This document shows positions 46,441-64,000 of a DNA stretch of 64,000 nt, piece by piece. Under the pieces are notes generated by a model. That model was not told the origin of the DNA. It was given only the letters and a program-made list of their open reading frames with translations, and did not search any database. Within the stretch, counting starts at the first letter, position 1, and every line of letters begins with the position of its first letter. The position numbers were made by a program, and so were the translations under genes. Source of the DNA: Salpingoeca rosetta (Eukaryota; Protista; Choanoflagellata); NCBI GenBank assembly GCA_033442325.1, contig JAWQFM010000005.1, positions 188,564 to 252,563 on the forward strand, read 5' to 3'.

Positions 46441-47014
46441 GATGGCGGGAGTCGATCGATCGTCCTCTGGTGGTTGTGTTTGCAGAGGCGCGGTGTGCTG
46501 AGGTGGCGCTTGTTGCGGACAGATGCGTCGATTGGAAAGTGGCACTGGCTGGCACCAACACAATCACAACACAGAAGAACAACAAAGAGAGCAGAAGCAA
46601 TCCGCTGGATGTGGGCTTGTGCTGATGATGCGAAGGTGAGCACACAGACAACGAACGAAGAAAACACCAAGCGCACATCGTTTTCAAACCTAGTAGAACA
46701 AAACGAGCAAGCCAAGAAGCAAGCCAAGCGGCACCAGTGCACGACTGATTGGCGTGTGAATCGATGGCTGGCGTGGGACTTCCTTTCAACAACGAAGACA
46801 AACAAAGAACGGCAGACAAAGAACATGATGACCGATCGGCGAGTTGACGTTTGGTCGGCTGGGACTTCCTTTCGTTCGTGTCCCGCCACAAAACAGCACT
46901 TCCTTGCCTGCAAGCAGCCGTAGATGATTCGATGAAAATGTCCATAACTTTCCACAAACCAAACAACCAGCCACCAACAACCACTACTGTTGTTGTCTCG
47001 TATCACCATCCATC

Positions 47015-47707
47015 ATGTCGTCGTCGTCTGCGTTGGCGGACGCGAACGAGGTGTTCTTGGTGTACTCCAAGGAGCCAGGAAGCATGCACGTCGAGAATAT
47101 TGGCTCGGCACTGCGTGCCCTAGGCTTCAACCCAAGCGACGTCGACGTGCAGGTGTGTTTGTGTGTGTTTGTGTTTGAGTGTGTGTGTTTGCGCTTGTGT
47201 TTGTTTGTGTGTTTGTGTTTGTTTGTGTGTTTGTTTGTGTGCTTGTGTGCGTATGTGTGTTTGTGTGTTTGTGTGCTTGTGTGTTTGTGTTTGCACTTGT
47301 GTTTACATGTGTATTTGTGTTTTCATGCCTGCTTCGGTGCTTGTTGTTCACACATGCTGCTTATATGACTGTCTTCTTCGTGCGTGCGACCCACATCCAC
47401 CGTGACAACAAACAAAACACGCGCCTCGCCACGTGCAGGGGTATATCACGGAGGCAGATTACGATGGATCTGGCACGATTGATCTTAGCACATTTCGCGA
47501 CATTGTACAACAGCAAGAGGAGAAGCCAAAGGCAACGCAGGAGGAGTTGGAGAAGGCCTTTGTTGTCTTTGACAAGGACGGCAAGGGATCCATCCCCACG
47601 GAGGAGCTCAGATACATGATCACAAAACTCGGTGAGGGTTTGCAAGTGTGAAACAGAAGGTCATGCACCATCGTTTATTTGTTCGATGCGCGCATTCGCA
47701 CACAGAC

Positions 47708-47751
<44 letters not shown>

Positions 47752-47770
47752 GCACACACACACACACACA

Positions 47771-47818
<48 letters not shown>

Positions 47819-47950
47819 TGTCTCACTTCCTTGCATGCAATCTCACCAGGTGAGGCGCTTACGGAGGAAGAATGCACTGAGATGATCAAGCAAGTGGATG
47901 CTGATGGCAGCGGCACCATCGAACTGCACGAGTTTGCCGCCATGATGTAG
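47015..47950 (+). CDS. Calmodulin-like / myosin light-chain-like EF-hand protein
   Basis: Exons ~47015-47152, 47440-47631, 47850-47950 give LRALGFNPS, DYDGSGTIDLSTF, DKDGKGSIPTEEL and LGEALTEEE..DADGSGTIELHEF. EF1 is degenerate. Confidence 0.9.
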
Positions 47951-48519
47951 GAACTGCGTGCAGTGTTCTCTTTTGTGTGTGTGTGTGAGTGTGTGAGTGT
48001 GTGTGTGTGTGTGTGTGTATTTGTGTGTGTGTGGTGGGTGGGGGGGTTGACTGCATTTCATTGTGACTCTTGTTGGTGTTTGGTGCATTTGTCAAACCTA
48101 TCTCCACACCACAACCCCCCCCTCCTTTCTCTATCTCTGTCTGTCTGTTACATCCCCACACGGTCATGTTTTTCGCCTGGTTGATTCACGCTCGTGTGCG
48201 CACGAGAGTTATATTGTGGATGGCGCATTCATCTGTTCATTCATTGCGATAAACGAGAGTAACATAACAGCAGCAGTATGCACACATTGCACACAGTGCA
48301 CACGATGCACAGGTAACGCGGGCAGAGATGGGAGACACCACAACAATGTGGCAGGCACAAGAACCATGCAACATATACAAATTGTCAAGAAAACGGCCGA
48401 CCAACCAGTGTCAGAGTCTCAAGTGCTTTGTACAGACAGACAGACACACACACACACACACATACACACACACAATACGCGCAAACACAGCCACAACCAC
48501 ACACAAACACAAACGCAGA

Positions 48520-49240
48520 CTACTTGAAAATGTTGTCCATGAGAGATCTGCCGCGTGACTCTTCCAGAGTTTCATAGTTGGCGTCTGTAAACCCATCTGG
48601 CTGCTCGTACTCGGCTTGGGGTGGCTGGCCGCTGCCGGTCAAGGTGTCGCCTTCAACCACCTCCAGATACTCCGAATTTGTCACAGGCTGCTCGTACAAG
48701 TCGTCATCACCATCTGTGGTGCTGCTGCTGCTGTTGTTGTTGTTGTTGTTGTGGGTGGTGCTGTCGAGGATTGGCGGGGACATGAGCGTGCCGTACTCCA
48801 CCTGCATGCCAAAGGGACTCTCGACATAGGTTGACTCCAGCTGGCGTTGCACAGCCTTTGTGTTGCTGCTCTGCTTCTGTGGCAGGCCCTTGGTCGATGT
48901 CACGGGCGCCTCATAAAACCGGTCCCCGCCCTGCTGACCGCCGGTTGGTGCGCCAAATGGGAACGCCGCCTCCGCGTACACCCCTTGCTGGTCTGCCCGA
49001 TCCGGCTCCACGTAACCAGAGGTCAGCAACGCGCTGCCTCGCTCAGGCTCATACACTGGGTTCTGTATCGTGTGCACGGTGTTGTCCGGTGCCTGCATGC
49101 AAGCACACAATACCAAGAACAACACACAATTGCGGTGATGAGAAAGGTGAAGAGAGACGGAGGAACAAAACATACACTTGACATGAAGAAGTGCATGCAC
49201 ACACAGAACAGACATATGTGCACCAAGAGCACACGGGTAC

Positions 49241-49281
<41 letters not shown>

Positions 49282-49301
49282 CCACCAAAAACACCCACCC
49301 G

Positions 49302-49371
<70 letters not shown>

Positions 49372-51119
49372 CGCACACACGCACACACACCTGTACGCTG
49401 TGCTTCTTCTTTCGTTTCTTGTTGTTGGAGGGGGCGCCATCGTCGTTGGCGTTGCGGCGTTTGCGGATAACAACAACAGCGATGACGGCACCCACGACGA
49501 GTGCTGCAGCACACGCACCAATGATGGTGATCTGGGAAGACGCCAGCCCAGACTGCGAAGGTGCCGGTGTGCCCGCTGTGTTGGTCGTGGAGCTACCCGT
49601 GGTCGTCATGTTGGGCGCAGTCGTTGTGGCAGGACCGGCCTGAATCGGCAGCCGTGAAAGCGACAACGTGACGCCTGACAATCGGGTTGGAGTTGGAGGT
49701 GGAGTCGAAACCAAAGCCAAAACAAGAGCAGAGGATAAAAGGCAACGTGAGCGTCCACCAGGAACCACAAACACGTGCAGGGCAGACACCCACACATGCA
49801 TGCATGCATACATGCAAATACAAACGCGCACAGGCAATGATACAAAGCTACACAGACACACACACACACACACAGACAGATACGCACACACAGAGACAGA
49901 TACACACCTTGCACGGAAAATGAGTCAAACTGCAACAGCGCCAGCACATCCTCAGGAGGCAGCCAGGCGAATGTGCTGTTGTCCCAAAACACCATGAGTA
50001 TGGTGACTGCGACCAGGTCTGCCTGCGCCCTGCGTGTGCGCTGGTCACCACCCGTGCCTTCGTCACTGCCGTTCGATTCGGTATCTGCACCGCCGTTGGA
50101 CAGCGCATTGCCGCCGCTTCCGTTGCCGTCTTGGATCAGCCCACCCTCGGGCTCATCCACAACCACGACGGTCACGTCCTGCCCAGCCAGCATCTCGCTC
50201 AAGAGCGTCTGCACACCAATCACAAACGCGTCAGTGGCAAGGCCCGCAGTCACGTTCGCCTTGCTTACAAGCACGTCCTGCTGTGTGTACACAAACGCGC
50301 TCTCGTCGTCCGCTGGGATGGCAACGGTCACCAGCGCGTGCGCCGTGTTGCCGCTGCCATCAGCCGCACTGGCGTACACAGCGTGGGTGCCTGGCGGGAG
50401 GGTTTCCACTGCTGGGGTGACGCTTGTCGACTGCAGATCAAAGTCCGCAAAGGAGAAGAGCTGTCGCCGTCCGGATCGCAACGCGGGGAGCTCGGACAAG
50501 GGTACGACGTACAGGCTTGGCACGCTCGTGGCGATGCTTGGTGGCGTGGTGTCCTGGATGACGAAGGGGACCAGCACTTCCACCCTGTTGCCGGCTGCAT
50601 CTGTCGCCACGACCATGGCTGATTGGGACCCCGTGCGTCGAACATCAAGGCCTTCCACTGAGAAAGGCAGCTCGCCGTCCACGGCATCCGTCGCACGGAT
50701 GCCTGAAGAGCAAGTCATGCGAGTGTGTGTGTGTGTGTGTGCGTGTGCGGGTGTGTGTGTGAGGGTGTGTGTGTGAGGGTGTGTGTTAAAGTGAGTAAGT
50801 GGGTGTGAGTGAGTTTTGTGTGTGTGTGTGTGTGTGTATGTGTGCATGCGTGAGTGAATGTGCGTACAGGTTCATTGCGTGTGTGTGAAAGTGTCAAAAC
50901 ACCTTACGCAACACCAGCGCGAACAACGCATATGTACACAACACGACGCATACACACGCACGCACACAAACAAAGGAGTACCTTCTCCGTTGTAGTTTGT
51001 CCCAAGCTCAACAATGATGGGAGTAGAGTCTGTGACAATCACAGGCTTTGTGATATCTGACGTGCAGGGAAGAGAGGCAAGGAGAAGCACAACGAATGTG
51101 AGCTGTTGCAGTATCCCCC

Positions 51120-51192
<73 letters not shown>

Positions 51193-52311
51193 GACACATT
51201 CATCACGCACCTTCGCAGAGGGTGTTCACGTTGTGTTGGCATGTCCTGGTCTCAGTAAAGCCAACGGGGCACACGGAGCACAGGTTGCACTCTGTATCCG
51301 ACGTCAGGGTGCAGGGCGTGCCGATGTATTCATTGTCGCGGCACTGGCTGCACTCGACGCAGACGCGATTGGTCGTCGCTGTTGGCGGCAAGAGTTCAAA
51401 CTCACTATCAGGGTCACAAAACAGCAGGCCGACGCACTTCCGGTCTGAGGTGGGCGTGGGCGGAAGCAGCTCAAACGATTCACCAGATGTGCACGTCGAC
51501 AGTGACAGGCACACGGTGTCCGCCACAGGACTGCCCTCCAGCCTGCATTCAGCAAACTGGTACGCTGTGTCGGGGTCACACACCGTGCAGTTGGTACATG
51601 TTGGGTTGGCACAGTCCCCGCCAGTGAGGTACTTGTCGGGTGGGCACACGTCTCCGGAGCATCTGAGGCACTCGCGGTCCGTGGAGATGGTGCAGGGAGC
51701 TGTCTCCAGTTCGCCGAACCCACACCTGACGCAAGTTGTGCAAATGGCGTCGACACCATCACACGTCGCAAACTGGCCATCGTCGCAGTCCGCCTCGTTG
51801 CAATTCAGGCACAGAATGTCGGATGTTGGCGTGCACTCCGCAGCAATGAACTCCGATGTGTCACATGACGGTGTGCATTCCTCGCATTCAATGTCGTGCG
51901 TGCCGCCACAGAGGGTGGAAGCGAAACTGCCAGGCAGACATTCTGTCGCGGAGCACCCCATGCACTGGCGGTCGCTGGAGAATGTCGCAGGCGCAACCTC
52001 ATACTCCCCTGGAAGGCACTCTGTCCACGCGATGCAGTCGGTCGTGCTGATGGCATGGTCGGCATAGCCTGAGCTGCAACGTGCGCACTCGCGGTTCGTG
52101 GTGGATGTCGGAGCAGCCGTCTCCACCTCCGTGGACGAGCAGACAAGCGTGTCAATGCACTCCTCCTGGTTTTCCTGCAGGCGTGCATTCGGGCAGCGAA
52201 GGTGGTGAGGTAGAGAAAGGGGGGGGGGAGAGACGGGCGTGAACTGGGGGTTCAGTAGTGGCACCAGGCATAAACACACAACTGTCACAACCAGACACAT
52301 GAGTCAGTACA

Positions 52312-52342
<31 letters not shown>

Positions 52343-52368
52343 TACATACATACACAGACACATCACTC

Positions 52369-52403
<35 letters not shown>

Positions 52404-53309
52404 CGAGACAGATACACACGAGACAGGTACACACACACGCGCACACACACGCACGCGCATCCCCTCCCCCTCCCCACACACACGCAAACGTTCACCACCG
52501 CGCACCTCGGTCGAGTATTGAAATGGTGGCATGCAACTGCCACATTGGACATTCGACGAAGGAGTGGCAGCAACCTCAATGTACGTTCCCGCAGGACACG
52601 TGCTCACAGGTGTGCACTTTTCCGCAAAGATGCTTGGGTTGTCTTGGAACTTGCCATCCGTGCAAGTGCAGCACTCGTTGTCCTTGAAAGCGTTGCCGGC
52701 ATCGCATATAAAGCGGCCCAGGCCACAGGTCGTGTGATCTTCGCACGGCGTGTTGGATGACACGCTGCACTCGCCCGTTGCATATTGGCCATCGGGGCAC
52801 ACTCTGCAAACCTGGCAACCGTCCTGGTTGATGTCAACAGAGAACTTGCCCTCTTCGCAAGCGGTGCACGTGCGCGGTTGCTCGGGAGTGCACGATTGCA
52901 CCACGTGCTCCCCAATGGCACAGTCAGTGCATGGGCTGCAGACGGACTGTGTCGTTTCACTGCAGTCGCCGCTGAGGAAGAAGCCTGTGTCACACTGCTC
53001 CGACACCTGGCACACCGCAAACTCAAAGTCGCGCTGCACGGGGCCCGTCAGGTCATCCACGTAGCACGATATGTGCAGGTCGCCCTCAAACAGGGTGCTC
53101 GGCGTAAAGGATGGATCACTGCCTATGTACTCGTCACCCCGGAACACAATGGTCGGTTGCAAACCATCAGCCGAGCACGTGTACGTCGACATCGTGCCCA
53201 CTTCTGGTGGGTGATCGTATGTCACCTGAATACGACTTGCATCAAAAGCTACAAGCGTGCATTGAGCGTGTGTGTGTGTGAATGAGAGAGTGTGCGAGTG
53301 AGTGTGAAT

Positions 53310-53386
<77 letters not shown>

Positions 53387-54758
53387 TGTGTGTGTGTGTG
53401 TGCGTGTGCGTTGCTGTGATGTGGACAAAGGAACCGATATCTCTCGCAGTCGTGTGGCAGGTCATCAGCTTACGGCAGTGTCTGGCTGTGAGGGCAACTC
53501 CATTCTTGCAGCTCAGTGCACACGTCTCGATCTTCCACCTGTACAGAATCATGGTGCAGAAGCAAGGCAAATGTCATGCACACCCACACACCCACACACA
53601 CACACACACACACAGGCGTGAGTGCAGAAAAGAACAAGGAAGCAGAACAAGGAAGCAGAGCAGTCCATCCACATCGCAACGATCAACAACACCGACGCTC
53701 GTGGCGCAAAAGTCAGGGTGTATCGTGCTACGAACCGTCTGTCCATGGTTGCGCCATCATACTGTGACTCCAACTTGATGATGTAGCGGTCGCTTGCTGC
53801 TTCAAAGCTGACCGTGCCTCCGACTGTGTTCAGGAAGTTGCCGTTGTTCTCGGTCCTGCATACCAGCGGCACCACAACGCATGCCGCAGGTGAGTGAAGC
53901 TTCAGTTTGATTTTGTTGGCAAAGCAAACAAGTACACGACTTTGAGGCAAGGCCAGAGGTTGCACGAGCTGAGCTGTCTCACCTGCAGTTCTTCATGTTG
54001 TAAATGTTGCTGTCGATGATGGCGCACATGACAAAAAATTGGCGATCCTGGCATGCGAAAGCGAGAGGGAGGGACAAACGCGCGCACGCACGCACGAACA
54101 CATATGAGTGGATGACAGACAGGCTGATCAGGGAGGGTTTAGCCACTAGGGCGCTTGCTTGCTGTGCGCATAAAGAAGAGAAGCGAGTGTTTGGGGGCCC
54201 TTACCCGCGCCGGGCCGTTGTATTGGGAGGTCACCGACACCATGGGGCCGTCATCACAGAGTTGGTTTACGGTGTCTCGAGGGTTTGATGGTTGCCTGGG
54301 CATCACCGAAGCATCGACGACGGCATGCGTGTCACATTTGAAGGCGTATCTATACCGTCGTGCAAGTGCGGGCGTGATTGAGTGGTGAACACGTGGCTGT
54401 CACACACACACACACACATCAAAAACACAAACAGATACGTATCCACGCCCAACTTCCCCAACACACACACACAGACAGACAGACAGACACACAAACACAC
54501 AAACACACACACACACACACACACACATACACACCTGCGATCACCGTTGACGCCAACTGGTTCGGCGTAGAAACCAACAAGGATGGAGTTTTGAGGGCAG
54601 GTGAAGTCGAAACTGCCAAATTCTGTGTTTTCATAGTCTGTAAAGCCTTGTGGGGGCTCACTCGCCACTTCCAGGATCAGCAGCTGTGCCACAAGCACCA
54701 CCACCACCACCATCCAGACGAAGCACGGCCTCAGCTGGGCCAGTGACGGAGAAGACAT
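48520..54758 (-). CDS. Type I membrane receptor-like protein: signal peptide, dermatopontin-like domain, TNFR-type Cys repeats, HYR/Ig-like domains, TM helix, tyrosine-rich tail (no kinase)
   Basis: Signal peptide WMVVVVVLVAQLLILEVAS. FDFTCP and three DR-x-[YFW] repeats (DRRYAFKC, DRQFFVMC, DRRWKIETC). Many C-x-x-T-S/T-D/N-x-x-C repeats. DTTPP-type domains (ATDAVDG, ATDAAGN, DGSGN). TM IIGACAAALVVGAVIAVVVI followed by RKRR. Tail with NPVY and nine further tyrosines. Confidence 0.85.
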
Positions 54759-55250
54759 GGCGTGTGTGTGTGTGTGTGTGTGTGCGTTTTCGAATGGTTT
54801 CGGTTCCAGGGTTTCTGTCGTGTGAATGGGTCAGTGAAGGAAAAATGACGCCTTTCAGGGCCTGGTGTCTCGGCCTTCACGGACACCAGTCTGTCAGTGA
54901 GACGGCAAGGAGGACCTGCGACCTCGTGTTGTTGTTTTTGTTGTTGTTGCTGTTGCTGATGCGGTGAGGCAGTGGGAGGACACACACACGATGGGTGTGG
55001 CATGGATTTGGAAGCTGAGGGGGAAAAAGGAGGAGCGATGCATGCATGCGACAAAACAAAGCAAACAACAAGCAAACAACAACCCTGCCTTGCTTGCAAG
55101 CAGAATGCAGAAAAGTGTTTGATATCTTCGCAGAATTGGATTGTGTTTGAATTTGTGCTGTCGGGTTGCATAGTCCTCACGACAGACGACAGACAAAGGT
55201 AGACAAGAACGTTGTCGTTGGCAGTTGTGGCTTGTGTTCGGGGAAGGAAG

Positions 55251-57736
<2,486 letters not shown>

Positions 57737-57868
57737 TGTGACGCAGAAAAGGGAAGCGTGAAGTTGTTGACTTATCAGTAAGCGAAGAGTAAAAGCTGAC
57801 ATGAACGCATGCAGAAGCACGCAGGCATAGGTTGCAGGCACACACAGACAGACAGACAGACTCACACA

Positions 57869-57963
<95 letters not shown>

Positions 57964-58398
57964 CACTTCTGTTTCGTGCATTTTGCGCCAACAAACAAAC
58001 AAAGCCAACAACAACAACAAGCAAGAAGCAGCAAGGCAAGAAGCACCCCCACCCAATACAAGGCAAAGGCCGACAGGGACAAGGGCGAGTGGGAGGCGCA
58101 GAGACAGCAAGGCAAGGAGAGGTCGAGCGTGTGGCAGAAAGCCAATCGTGCCGCAGCCCAGCAAGCTGGAAACTCACGGGTCGCTGAGCAGCCCACCCGC
58201 CAAGCGTAGGTTCTGCACCATCACATCACATCGCATCTGGTCACATGCGTGTGTCTTTGTTTGGCGCGATGTTGTCGACAACTTACATTACCTCTTGAAC
58301 TATGGGCTGTGTTCGGCTGTGTTGGGCGCCGCCTGCACCGCGTTGGGTGCGGTGTCACTCTCCATTGTCATCTGCTGCTCATAGGCCCGCGCCTCGGC

Positions 58399-64000
<5,602 letters not shown>

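Noticed and set aside
40399-46563. The intron-poor block as a transposon or viral insertion
   Set aside because: No transposase, integrase or capsid motifs, and no terminal repeats or target-site duplication were visible.

Overview
Eukaryotic, intron-rich, GC-rich DNA full of (CA)n/(GT)n microsatellites, with three N gaps. Style and gene content strongly suggest a choanoflagellate such as Salpingoeca rosetta (inference). Most ORFs in the six-frame track are microsatellite artefacts. I manually spliced 14 protein-coding genes using GT/GC-AG junctions and motif continuity: a Tis11/ZFP36 tandem CCCH protein, a secreted plant/protist-type permuted papain-like (NlpC/P60) protein, an MDR dehydrogenase, a ~1000-aa orphan with a probable split Cys-His-Asp protease triad, a stand-alone diaminopimelate decarboxylase of the bacterial AK-DapDC type, MOK kinase, a UBL-UBA protein, MRPS34, NFXL1, a very large GVIN1/URGCP (VLIG-type) GTPase with a recent internal duplication, a calmodulin-like protein, a kinase-less dermatopontin/TNFR-repeat receptor with a tyrosine-rich tail, an MFSD6-like transporter and WDR26/GID7 (runs off the window end). 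The most interesting items are the intron-poor GVIN-type immunity-class GTPase, the dermatopontin-TNFR phosphotyrosine receptor, the two cryptic papain-like enzymes and the bacterial-type lysA. Family assignments rest on motifs I recognise; no database search was run.
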